Positions 1 through 11,420 of a stretch of 64,000 nucleotides of DNA are shown one piece after another. The stretch is taken from NCBI RefSeq assembly GCF_963921235.1, contig NC_086109.1:10170001-10234000 (forward strand), given 5' to 3'. The notes under the pieces are model-generated. The model made no database searches and was not told the DNA's origin. It saw only the letters and a program-made list of their open reading frames with translations. Both the position numbers and the translations under genes were made by a program. How positions within the stretch are numbered: position 1 is the first letter of the stretch; each line of letters opens with the position of its first letter. Origin of the DNA: Mobula hypostoma (lineage: Eukaryota).

Positions 1-117
1 TTATGGTATAAATGAGAGAACTAGTTTTATCTCTCTCTCTCTCTGTCTCTGCATTAACTAATTGCTCTTTATTAACCATCTCACATGGTCAGAGGTACTG
101 TAGAGATACGATGAGTA

Positions 118-280
118 ACACACACAAAATACTAGAGGAACTCGGCAGGTCAGGCGGCATCCATGGAATGGAATAAACAGACGACATTTCTGTCCTGAGT
201 CCTGATGAAGGGTCTCGTCCCAAAAAGCTGACAGTTTATTCCTTCCTACCAGCTACCTGACCTGCTGAGTTCCTCCAGCA
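118..280. repeat. Fold-back pair of Penelope terminal-repeat (pLTR) fragments with a degenerate hammerhead core
   Basis: The minus-oriented arm (GAGGAACTCGGCAGGTCAGGCGGCATC...AATAAACAG) faces a plus-oriented arm (AGTCCTGATGAAGGGTCTCGTCCC...CCTGACCTGCTGAGTTCCTCCAGCA). CTGATGA is at 202-208. The arm resumes at 479-530 after a MITE insertion. Confidence 0.75.
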
Positions 281-478
281 CAACATTCCCTCTATTTTTT
301 TTAAAACAGCTGCACAGACCAATCATTGCTCTAAGCAGGAATTATTTCTTTAAAAACCACAGCCTAAAAACTATGCAGCACTTGAGTAAAATGTTGTATA
401 GAAGAAAATTCCAGCCGCGCAGCAACAAAGGCTACGAGCATGGGAGCCGCACGCCCACGCAGCTTAGAGGGAATAGCA
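281..478. mobile_element. Non-autonomous hAT-type MITE
   Basis: Ends are CAACATTCCCTCTA ... TTAGAGGGAATAGCA. The 8-bp flanks CTCCAGCA (273-280) and CTCCTGCA (479-486) match at 7/8. Same TIR family as 52342-52874. Confidence 0.75.
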
Positions 479-869
479 CTCCTGCATCCTGTGTGTGTTT
501 CTCCGCATTTCCAGCATAGCAGACTCTCCTGCACTTGCCAATGCCATGACTTTTTTTGTGTATTTTCTGACCTATGGGCAAATCGACTTATGGATGTGTG
601 TCAAAAGTGAAGCTTTTCATTATGAGGATGGTCTGCATTTTGCTTTCTTCTACTTCCCCCACCCCCACCCCCCATCCTGTTTTGCTTCTCCATGCGTGAC
701 GAACTCTCCAGGTATTCCCACCTAAAACTGACACAAATGAAGAGCTGAGCACATTTTCACAGTCTCTGGCATAAGGATAAGCTCCACATTTGAGCACCAG
801 GTATATCAAGTGTGGTAAATCCAATGTGGTCTCCGATGCATTCGCCCAATTGTGTGGGAGGGGCAGCAA

Positions 870-1110
870 ATGGGGCGAGGGGCTAAATTCACTCTTCTCC
901 CCTCTTCCATTGAGCAGAAGATACAAAAGCCTGAACAAATGTATCACCAGGCTCAAGGACAGCTTCTACTGCAATGTTATAGAATTACTAAATAGTTCCC
1001 GAGTATGATACATTGGACTATTGACTTCATAATTTTCCTCAATATGATCTTGCACTTTACTGTTTACCTGCATTCTATTCTTTCTGTAACATTTTATTGT
1101 TCTTGCTTTT
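870..1110 (+). mobile_element. Rex1/Babar-type LINE 3' fragment (degraded)
   Basis: Translates as LFSPLPLSRRYKSLNKCITRLKDSFY..VIELLN, the same C-terminal motif as the RT ORF at 32432-33388. Confidence 0.7.
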
Positions 1111-1156
1111 TGAATTTATTCTGCAATGATATTGTTCTAGACCTTGTTCTACCTCT

Positions 1157-1451
1157 GGAGCACGTGGCCAAGTGGCTAAGGCAATGGACTAGCTACCTGA
1201 AGGTCGTGAGTTCGAGCCCCAGCCAAGGGAACATGTTGTGTCCTTGAGCAAGGCACTTAATCACACGTTGCTCTGCTGTATGGGTCCTAATGCCCTTCCC
1301 TTGGACAACATTGGTGTCGTGGAGAGGGGAGACTTGCAGCATGGGAAACTGCTGGTCTTCCATACAACCTTGCCCAGGCCTGCGCCCTGGAGAGTGAAGA
1401 CTTTCCAGGTGCAGATCCATGGTCTCGCAAGGCTAACGGATGCCTTTATAA
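1157..1451 (+). mobile_element. tRNA-derived SINE, family A
   Basis: A box TGGCCAAGTGG (1165-1175) and B box GAGTTCGAGCC (1208-1218). The body is repeated at 19262-19560 and 40764-41070. Possible TSD ACCTCT. Confidence 0.85.
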
Positions 1452-2286
1452 ACCTCTAGACATAGTATAGTCATCTGGTCTGTGTGAACAGTATGCAAAG
1501 AAAGTCATTTGCTGTATCTCGGTAGGCGCGTTCATTACGTGTCGTGTCATGACGTGGGTGATGAGGGTCATTCCATGACCAGGATTGTTCTTGGCACCAG
1601 CTGCTCATCCGACCACCCACCTCCTGTTCCCATGGCTTAACAGGACCCTGATCGGTTGGGGAGGGGTGTGCTAACCAGGTGCTACAACTTGCCCGAGGTT
1701 GAGCTGCCAGCTTGTGGAGGAAAGGAGCCCTCTACAACCTCCTTTGGTAGCGACGTATCTCCACCCCGCCACCCATTATCTCGGTAGATGTGATGATAAT
1801 AAACTATTTTCAATTCCAATAGCCTTCTTCATGGCCCCATTTTTATTTAAAAGTTTAGGAAAGGAACTCGAAATCCAAAGCAGGTCCTGTTTTCAGCGCA
1901 CGCATCTGAAAGAAATGAAGAAAGTTTGATCTGCAGCTGTTAGTACTGTTCCAAGCCAGATTGCCCACCAAGTTTTCCACATTAAAATCTTGAAATATCA
2001 TGGAAATAAGCACATTTTGATAAGATGGAAAAAAGGCATCTAGAACTTGCAGAAGTTGGAATGGCTTGTAGCATGTTGAAATTGAAGTTTCCAGTTAATT
2101 GTGAGTCTGAGGCTCTGAGGGGCTGTGCTGTTTAGCAAAGCTGTGGTCAGCTTGACTCATAGAGTACTGTGCTGAATGTCAGAGAGCAGAATGCCAAAGC
2201 AGGCAGTTTAATTTTGGATAAATTATTGAACTTACTTCATTGAACTTCCAAAATCTTTACCTTTCCTGCGTTCAGGATCGCCTACT

Positions 2287-3065
2287 TTCAAAGGTTTCAG
2301 CGGTACATTTAATGTCAGAGAAATATATGCAATATACACCCTGAAATGTTTTTTCTTCGCAACCATCCATGAAAACAGAGGAGTGAAAGACGGTTAAATG
2401 TTAGAACTCCAAAGTCCCACCCAGCTCTCCCCCCCCCCAGCGTAAGCAGCAGCAAAGCAAAAATACACCCTCCCCCACCAGCAAAAAAAGCATCGGCACC
2501 CACCACCGAGCACTCAAGTGTGTAGCAAAGCAGCAGTAAAAACACAGACTTGCAGTACCCCAAAAACTACTTGTTCACCCGGTATTCGACATCCCATAGG
2601 CTGTCTCTCTCCCTATTAAAGGAGGAAGAGGTTTCTCCGTTTCACAGTGAGAGGGGAGACGTAACAAACAACGTGCTGGTTTATGATGTTAAAAGACCGT
2701 TGCGTCGCTTTTTCCAAGCTCTGTGCCCAAAGGTCTCAGGTCTCTGGGCTCACAGCCAGAGATCTTCTGACTCCCGTGACACACCGATCTCCTGCCGGGA
2801 CACCGATCTTCGATCCATCCGTCTCCAGAGCCATGACATCTCGGACCTCTGAAGGCAAGCTAAGCTCTCAAGCCGCATCTTCGAGTAACGGCCAGTCATG
2901 AAATCTCGTGTGTGGGTCCCATTCCGGCAAAGAACCGTAGTCAGAGTGCAACTCCAGGTCAGGGTCTTCAAAAGAACCCTGAGAGGGAAAATAGAGATAT
3001 TAAAGAAGGAAATAGAGCTGTTTCCAAAGATGCAAGCAAAGGAGTGGCCGTTTATCACCATCATA
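2287..3065 (-). mobile_element. Non-coding LINE-related non-autonomous element, copy 1
   Basis: The minus strand starts ATGATGGTGATAAACGGCCACTCCTTTGCTTGCATC and ends ...CATTAAATGTACCGCTGAAACCTTTGAAA. It is homologous over most of its length to 3095-3762. Confidence 0.6.
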
Positions 3066-3094
3066 CTTTCAGGATCCTAGGAGTAAACAATGCC

Positions 3095-3762
3095 TTTCAA
3101 TAGATTTCAATAGGTATACTTAACATCAGAGAAATGTATACAATATACATCCTGAAATTCTTTTTCTTCACAAACATCCACAAAAACAGTGGCGTGCCCC
3201 AAAGAATGAATGACAGCCGAACACTAAAGCCCCCGCAGCTACCCCCTCCCACGCACAAGCATCAACAAGGCTACAACCCCACCCTCACCCCCACCAGCAA
3301 AAACTCACCGGCGCCCTCCACAAAGCACCCAAGCATGCAGCAAAGCATCAATAAAGACACAGACTTGCTGCACTCCGGAAACTACTCGTTCACCCGGTAA
3401 TTAAATATACCACAGGCTCTCTCTCCCTAATAAGGGGAAAAGGGGTGTCCCCCTTTCATAGTGAGAGGGATGACATCACAAACAACTCACTGATTTACAA
3501 TATTAAAAGTTTGTTGGGCCACTTTTTCCAAGCTCTGCGTCTGGAGAATCAGCACCAAAAAGGCACAGCTCTCCGGGCACACAACCCCTGGCAGCTAACC
3601 CGCTGCTCCCGATGTTCCGTGTTCTCCCACGCGGTCTCAGTCAGGGACACCTTTCAAAAGAAACCCCCCACACCCTGAAAAGGGAAAAAAAAGGTATTAA
3701 AGACAGAAATAGAGCTGCTTCCGAAGATGCAAGCAAAGGGGTCGCCATTTAGCGCCATCCTG
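3095..3762 (-). mobile_element. Non-coding LINE-related non-autonomous element, copy 2
   Basis: The minus strand starts AGGATGGCGCTAAATGGCGACCCCTTTGCTTGCATC. Shared blocks with copy 1 include GAAATAGAGCTG, TTTTTCCAAGCTCTG and GTTCACCCGGTA. Confidence 0.6.
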
Positions 3763-5547
3763 ATTTTGTCCTGCCTCCAGTTGAAGAAAGCTCACCAGTA
3801 CCAGTGTGAAGATTTATATACAATTCAAAAATGCATTCGTTAATACGAGGCATTGTGTTGAATGCATGCATGAATTATTTCAACGTGACATAACTTGTTC
3901 CTCCTGACTTTTGCAAAAAACCTGAACTATGATTAGAAGTGGGAGCACAAACACACTCATCCTTAATGCATGCGCTAATTATTGAGATAATCGTCTCTAC
4001 TGCCACACCTATATCACCCTCCACCCACTCCGCTTGTAGCCCCGTCGCCAGCCTCAACCACGTCCCTATTTCTCAGGCATAAGTCTGTCTTCAAAATTCT
4101 TTTCCGTGAAAATCAAAGAGAAACTGCAATGGAGGCAGAAAGTTGTGGAAAACTTAATTCATGGGGAAATGGTTCAATAACTCAATTTAACATTAGAGGA
4201 TGCATACAGTATTCATACTAAAATCCTCACTCTTCACAGATATTCACCAAACAGAAGAAAAACCCAAAAGAATGAATGGCACAAAATGTTAGAACACCAA
4301 ACCCCCACCCCTCCCCACGTCCCAAACACAAGCAGCAGCATTAGCACCTGTAAGACAGGGGCATGGGAACCAGTGTGATAGAGCTGAGCGTGAGCCAGCA
4401 GGTTTGCAAGTAGGTGATGTAATATGTAACATGAATGTAAGGAAGGGAAGCCAGTGATTGGGTATAACTGCAGACAGAGCAAAGAGTTAAGTTGTACCAC
4501 AGAGGCAAAATTCATAAGGGTGAAGAACGCAGGACTGAAGGTGCTGTATTGAAATGCACGTAGCATTTGGAATAAGTTGGACGGACTCATGGCGCAACTA
4601 AAGGTTGGTCAGTAGGACGTTGTGGGCATCACAGAATCATGGCTGAAAGAGGATCATAGTTAGGAGTTTAACGTCAAATGATATACCTTTTATCGAAATG
4701 ATGGGCAGGGGGGCATAGGCGGAGGTGTGGCTCAATTGGTAAAGGTTGGAATTACTTCTTTAGAAAGAGCAGACATAGGGTCAGAGAATGTCAAATCTTT
4801 GTGGGTGGAGTTTTTTAAGGATAAAAAAAGAACATGGGAATCATATATAGCCCTCTAAATAGTAGCCAAGATATGGGGTTGAGACATGAGATTGTAAAGG
4901 GTGCTGGACAGGGCATTTGTAATGTCACATTTGTAATGTACTTCAATATGCAAGGGGATTGGGAAAATCAGGTTGGTGTTGGATCGTGAGAGGGTATGTG
5001 CTGAATCCCTACCAGATGGCTTGTGCTTCAGCCCACTAGGGGAAAGGCTGTTAGACTGGGTGTTGTATAACAACCCAGAATTTATTAGTCAGCTTCACAT
5101 AAAACAACCCTTAGGAGGTAGACATCATAATATGATTGAATTCATACTGCAATTTGGGAGGGAGAAGCAGAAGTCACATGTATCAGTGTTACAATAGAGT
5201 AAAGGGAATTACAGAGGCATGAGAGAGGAGTTTGCCCAGGCGGATTGGAGGGGGAGTAACGACAGAACAGAGGTGGCTGAAGTTTCTGGGAATAGTTCAC
5301 AAAGCGCAGGATAGATACAGTATATCCCACAGAAGAAGTGGTTCTCAAACAGCAGGGCTAGGCAACTGTGGATGACAAGGGAAATTAAGGACTGCATAAA
5401 AGCCAAGGAAAGGGCATATAAGGTAGCAAAAGTGAGTGGGAAGTTGAATGATTGGGAAACTTTTAAAATCCAACAAAAGGCAACTAAAAAAAGACTTTAA
5501 GTAGGGAAAAGATTAAATATGAGAGCAAACTAGCCAATAAAATAAAG

Positions 5548-6224
5548 ACCATAAGACCATAAGACAAAGGAGCAGAGGTCAGCCATTCGGCCCATTGAGT
5601 CTGCTCCACCATTTTTTCATGAGCTGATCTATTCTCCCATTTAGTCCCACTCCCCAGCCTTCTCACCATAACCTTTGATGCCCTGGCTACTCAGATACCT
5701 ATCAATCTCTGCCTTAAATACACCCAATGACTTGGCCTCCACTGTCGCCCGTGGCAACAAATTCCACAGATTCACCACCTTCTGGCTAAGAAAATTTCTT
5801 CGCATCTCTGTTCTGAATGGGCGCCCTTCAATCCTTAAGTCATGCCCTCTCGTACTAGACTCCCCCACCATGGGAAACAACTTTGCCAACATCCACTCTG
5901 TCCATGCCTTTCAACATTCGAAATGTTTCTATGAGGCCCCCCCTCAATCTTCTAAACTCCAAGGAGTACAGTCCAAGAGTGGTCAAATGTTCCTCCAATT
6001 CCTCTCATTCCCGGAATCATTCTAGTGAATCTTCTCTGAACCCTCTCCAATGTCAGCACATCCTTTCTTAAATAGGGAGACCAAAACTGCCCACAGTACT
6101 CCAAGTGAGGTCTCACCAGTGCCTTATAGAGCCTCAACATCACATCCCTGCTCCTATACTCTATTCCTCTAGAAATGAATGCCAACCTTGCATTCGCCTT
6201 CTTCACCACCAACTCAACCTGGAT
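5548..6224 (-). mobile_element. Young CR1 3' fragment with (TTATGGTC)n tail
   Basis: ORFs 5952-6212 and 5641-5892 encode the CR1 RT C-terminus (LVRPHLEYC, TRGHDLRI). Probable TSD AAATAAAG at 5540-5547 and 6225-6232. Confidence 0.9.
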
Positions 6225-7260
6225 AAATAAAGCAGGATACTAAAAGTTTTTTCAGTTATAGAAATAATAAAAGGGAGGTAAGGGTTGATATTGGACCACT
6301 GGAAAATGATGCTAGTGAGGTAGTAATGGGGTACACAGAAATGGCACATGAACTTTGTAAGTACTTTGCATTAGTGTTCACTGTGGAAGACAATAGCTGT
6401 GTCCTAGAGTCTGTGAGTGCCAGGGAACAGGAGTGAGTGTCATTACTGTTACAAAGGAAAAAGTGCTTGGTAAACTCAAACATCTTAAGTTAGATAAGTC
6501 ACCTGGACCAGATGGACTACATCCCAGAGTCCTAAAAGAGGTTGCTGAAGAGATAATAGATGCATTGGTCATGTTCTTTCAAGAATCACTTGATTCTAGC
6601 ATGATCCCAGAGGACTGGAAAATTGCAAATATCACTCCACTCTTTAAAAAGTTAGGGAATTATAGGCCAGTTAGCTTAACCTCAGTGACTGGGAAAGTGT
6701 TGGAGTCCTTTATTAAGGACGAGGTTTCAGAGTACTTGGAGACTAATGGTAAAATAAGTCAAAGTCAGCATGGTTTCTGTAAAGAGAAATCTTGCTTGTC
6801 AAATCTGTTAGAATGACTTGAGGAAGTAACAAGCAGGGTGGACAGTGGGGATATTATTTACTTGGATTTTCAGAAGGTGCTTGATAAGGTGCCTCACATG
6901 AGACTGCTGAACAAGGTAACATCCTATAGTATTACAGGAAATATACTGGCACGGATAGAGGAACAGCTGACAGGGAGAAAACAGCAAGTGGGAATAAAGG
7001 GGTCCTTTTCTGGTTGGCTGCCACTGACTAATGGTGTTCCTCAGAGGTTAGTATTGGGACCACTACTTTTCACATTGTTTGTCATTTATTTAGATAATGG
7101 AATTGATGGCTTTGTGGCAAAGTTTGCGGATGATATGATGACAGATGAGGGCGTAGGTAGTGCTGAGGAAGCAATGCAATTGCAACAGGGCTCAGACAAA
7201 TTGGAAGAATGGGTAAGAAAGTGGCAGGTGGGATACAATGTTTGGAAATGTATAATAATA

Positions 7261-8125
7261 ATCATCATCATCTTCAGGTGCCATGCCCAGTTTGAGCTTT
7301 GACTGCCATGGCCCACACACTCCTGTTTCGGGTCAAGTGGATCAATTCATTGGTATTCATTTCCAGTTCTCTGGCTGCTGTCTCCATCATCATTTGTCTT
7401 TGTCTTCCTCTTGCTTTCTTCCCTTCAATTTTTCCCATAATTACCGTGCATTCTAACTCTTCTTTCCTAATCACATGGCCAATGAAGTTACATTGTCTTT
7501 TCATGATCTCATACACTATTTCTCTTTTTGCGTTTGCTCTTTTCATGACATCCTTGTTAGATATTCATTTCGTCCATGATATTCTTTGCATCCTCCTCAA
7601 AAACCACATCTCTGTTGCTACAATTTGTTTCCTCATGTTAGTAGATATTGTCCAACATTCTGAGCCATAAAACATAACTGGATAAACATAACATTTCAGT
7701 ACTCTGAGGCGGGTTGTCATGCCTAGTTTAGTATTGGTCAGTATACTCTTCATTCTCATAAAGGTGTCTTTTGCCATTCCTATTCTTCTTTTGATGTCCA
7801 AGTCACACCTGCCATCTGATGTCACCCAGCTTCCTAAATAGCAAAAGTTCTGTACTTGTTTTATGTCTTCCCCATTTATTCTCAACCTGCAGATAGGATT
7901 CTCCTTCTTTTTGGATATCACTATACATTCTGTCTTTTTGCAATTGATAGATAGACCCATTTTTGCACTTTCTTCAACAACTATATCAATTAAGTTTTGT
8001 AGTTCTTCCTCCGTACTTGCAATTAACACAGTGTCATCTGCATATCTGAAATTATTGATGTTTTCACCGCCGACTTTGATTCCCAAGATGTCTCTTATTT
8101 TTTGTAATATAGTTTCACTGTACAC
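7261..8125 (-). mobile_element. RTE-clade LINE 3' fragment
   Basis: RT motifs RYADDTVL, FCYLGS, CDLDIKRRIGMAK, YGSECWT, EMWFLRRM and GKIEGKKARGR. (GAT)n tail. Perfect 13-bp TSD ATGTATAATAATA at 7248-7260 and 8126-8138. Confidence 0.93.
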
Positions 8126-8532
8126 ATGTATAATAATACATTTTGGAAAAAGGAACAATAGTGCAGATTGTCTAAATGGGGAGAAGGTTCAAACATCAGA
8201 GGTACAAGGGACTTAACAGTCCTCATGCAAGACTTCCAGAAGGTTAATTCACAGGCTGAGTCTGTGGTAAAGAAGGCAAATGCAATGCTGGCATTTATTT
8301 CAAGGGGAATAGAATATAAAAGCCAGGAGATAACGCTGCCGCTTTATAAGACACTAGACAGGCTGCACTTGGAGTATTGTCAACAGTTTTGGGTTCCATA
8401 TCTCAGAAAGGATGTGTTATCATTGGAGAAAATCCAGAGGAAGTTCATGAGGATGATTCCCAGAATGAAGGGGTTAACATATAAGGAGCGTTTGGCACCT
8501 TTGGGCCTGTACTCACTAGAATTTAGAAGAGT

Positions 8533-9430
8533 AGTCATAGTTATAGTCATAGTCATACTTTATTGATCCCAAGGGAAATTGGTTTTCATTACACTTGCAC
8601 CATAAATAATTAAATAGTAATAAAACCAAAAATAGTTAAATAGTAATATGTAAATTATGCCAGGAAATAAGTCCAGGACCAGCCTATTGGCTCAGGGTGT
8701 CTGAACCTCCAAGGGAGGAGTTGTAAAGTTTGATGGCCACAGGCAGGAATGACTTCCTATGACACTCAGTGTTGCATCTCGGTGGAATGAGTCTCTGGTT
8801 GAATGTACTCCTGTGCCCACCCAGTACATTATGTAGTGGATGGGAGACATTGTCCAAGATGGCATGCAACTTAGACAGCATCCTCTTTTCAGACACCACC
8901 GTGAGAGAGTGCAGTTCCATCCCCACAACATCACTGGCCTTACGAATGAGTTTGTTGATTCTGCTGGTGTCTGCTACCCTCAGCCTGTTGCCCGAGCACA
9001 CAACAGCAAACATGATCGCACTGGCCACCACAGACTTGTAGAACATCCTCAGCATCGTCCGGCAGATGTTAAAGGACCTCAGTCTCCTCAGGAAATAGAG
9101 ACGGCTCTGACCCTTCTTGTAGACAGCCTCAGTGTTCTTAGACCAGTCCAGTTTATTGTCAATTTGTATCCCCAGGTATTTGTAATCCTCCACCATGTCC
9201 ACACTGACCTCCTGGAGGGAGACAGGGGTCACCGGTACCTTAGCTCTCCTCAGGTCTTCCACCAGCTCCTTAGTCTTTTTCACATTAAGCTGCAGATAAT
9301 TCTGCTCACACCTTGTGACAAAGTTTCCTACCGTAGCCCTGTACTCAGCCTCATCTCCCTTGCTGATGCATCCAACTATGGCAGAGTCTTCAGAAAACTT
9401 CTGAAGATGACAAGACTCTGTGCAGTAGTT
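8533..9430 (-). mobile_element. Rex1/Babar LINE 3' fragment
   Basis: ORF 8684-9430 portion reads CHLQKFSEDSAIVG, LNVKKTKELV, YKYLG, RLYFLRRLRSF, SFLPVAIKLYN. (TATGAC)n tail. It splits the host CR1 at GAATTTAGAAGA|TGAGTGGGGAT. Confidence 0.9.
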
Positions 9431-10710
9431 GAGTGGGGATTTCATTGAAACTACTGAATGTTGAAACGACGGGATAAGGTGGATGTGGAGAGGATGTTTC
9501 CTCTGGTGGGGGTATCCAGAATTAGAAGGCACAGCCTCAAAATTGACCTTTTGAAACACAAGTAAGGAGGAATTTTTTTAGCCAAAGAGTGACATATCTG
9601 TGGAATGCTCTGCCACAGACCATGGTGGAGGCCAAGTCTGCTGGTATATTTAAGGCGCAAGTTGATAGATTCCTGATTGGTCAGGGCTTCAAGGAATATG
9701 ATGAGACTGCAGGTGTATGGGGTTGAACGGGATCCGGGATCAGCCATGATGAAATTGAAGAGTGAACTCAATGGGCTGAATGGCCAAATTTGTTCCTACG
9801 TCTTATGGTCTAACCTACCCCCCATGTGCTCCTGAAAACACAAGATCCACACCACCTGCCATGCACACAGTAGCAGAGCCCCTAAAGAGACCATGAAACC
9901 ATCAAAAACTGCCGTCCATCTCAACACTTCGATGTCTCAGACAGGCTCCCGCTCTCTCACTAGCAAGGGAGAGAGAGGTATCGCTTCTGCCACAACGAGA
10001 GGAGAGGGGAGACCAACAGCTCGCTGTTCCGATGTTACATTCAAAATTACGTAACATTAAAAATTAAATATTGACTTAAAGATTAAAGATTAACTTTTTA
10101 CTTGCCAAATGCACATCGAAATGTAGAGTGAAATGCATCGCTTGCATTAAACCAAATCAGCGAGAATTGTGCTGGGCCAGACCATTTCCAACACCAACAC
10201 TGCTAGCTCGCAGTTTTGTATCTCTAACCCTAACTGCACGTCTTCGGAATGTGGCAGGGAGCCACAGCATCTGGCCGAAACCACGGGGTCACAGGGATAA
10301 TGTACAGGAATAAACAGTCGAGCTTTTGAGCCACAGCCTTCACCAGGACTGTTTACTCCTCTCCAAGGATGCTGCCTGATCTGCTGAGTTCCTCCAGCAT
10401 TTTGTGTTTGTTACTCTGGGGTTCCAACATCTACAGAATCTCTTGTGATTGTGATGGGGGAGCCCAGTAAGTCAGGCAATATCACCGGAGGGGGGAATGA
10501 GCTGTCAGGATTTAATTTATTCTAGTCACAGAATTATTGAATGAAGGAGATAACAATCTGGCCCACCCACGTCCCTCGATGTATGAAGAAATCCACTTGA
10601 GTCACACAGTAATTAACATACTGCAGTTGTGAACAAACAAGTTTCTCATTGATTCTAGCTACAATCATAAACATGAGAAAGTCTGCAGATGCTAGATATC
10701 CATAGCAACA

Positions 10711-11067
10711 GATGAGGCCACCCTCAGGGTTGAGGAGCAGTAATTTATATTTCAGACAGGTATCCTCAAAGCTGATGGCATGAATATCCAGTAAACAAAT
10801 ACCCCTATCCCCTGACTTTCTCTATTCACCACTCAGACCCTTTACCTCTTCTCACCTGCCTATTACTTCCCCCCGGCTCCCCTCCTCCTTCCTTTTCTCT
10901 TATGGTCCTCTTTCCTCCCCTATCAGATTCCTTCTTCTCCAATCCTTGACCTTTCCCACCCACCTGGCTTCACCCATCACCATCCAGCTTGCCTCCTTCC
11001 CATCCCTCCCCACTCATTTTTATTCTGGCATCTTCCCCCTTCCTTCACAGTCCTGATGAAGGATCTC
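10711..11067 (+). mobile_element. Penelope-like element 3' fragment (ORF end, pyrimidine-rich UTR, truncated hammerhead)
   Basis: Homologous to 23668-24195 (GAGGAGCAG...GATGGCATGAATAT). Ends ACAGTCCTGATGAAGGATCTC. Confidence 0.7.
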
Positions 11068-11420
11068 ACAGCGTTTTTGAAGAAGAAAATAAGAAGTGCT
11101 ATGCCTTTTTTTTTAAACAGCTCAAGCGTCTCTTTCTCCCGCTTGCAAAGAAAAAATTACGCTGCACTTCAACGGGTAGGTACTCATGTTGGTTTCATCT
11201 TAAAGCTGTTATGTTTTTGTCGCCACTGTTATGTTTTGCAACTCGAAAACATAAAATTAATTGAAGGAAAGTCAAGGGTCCAGGATGTGTGTGCTTAGAT
11301 TCATTTAGCTTTAGTGAGGTGCACAATTATGAAACAGTGGCATGATGCTGTATGTTATTCAGGTACTTCGTACATATGACCCATCATGACTCACGTAAGT
11401 AAACAAAGAGAAACAATATG

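Larger units (their letters stand above)
4350..9812 (+). mobile_element. Old CR1 LINE (degraded APE endonuclease + RT ORF2), interrupted by three nested retroelements
   Basis: ORF remnants include VGITESWL (APE, ~4620), KSPGPDGLHPRVLKE, NYRPVSLTS, YLDFQK, GVPQ..VLGP, KFADD and HLEYCQQFW.PYLRKD. The element resumes at 9431 and ends in a TCTTATGGTCT tail near 9810. Confidence 0.9.

Noticed and set aside
1157..1230. tRNA genes at the heads of the repeats at 1157, 19560, 20440, 41070 and 53914
   Set aside because: A and B boxes are present, but there is no clean cloverleaf and each continues into a shared SINE body, some with TSDs.
5545..5565. CRISPR-like or regulatory direct repeats (GACCATAA)n and similar
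   Set aside because: These are short tandem 3' tails of LINEs with no spacers, and the context is eukaryotic.
8840..9448. 202-aa plus-strand ORF, and similar ORFs at 27860-28615 and 29767-30362
   Set aside because: They are antisense shadows of LINE coding regions.
8684..9559. 291-aa ORF as an intact RT gene
   Set aside because: It is chimeric: the first ~40 residues come from antisense host CR1 and the rest is a 5'-truncated Rex1.
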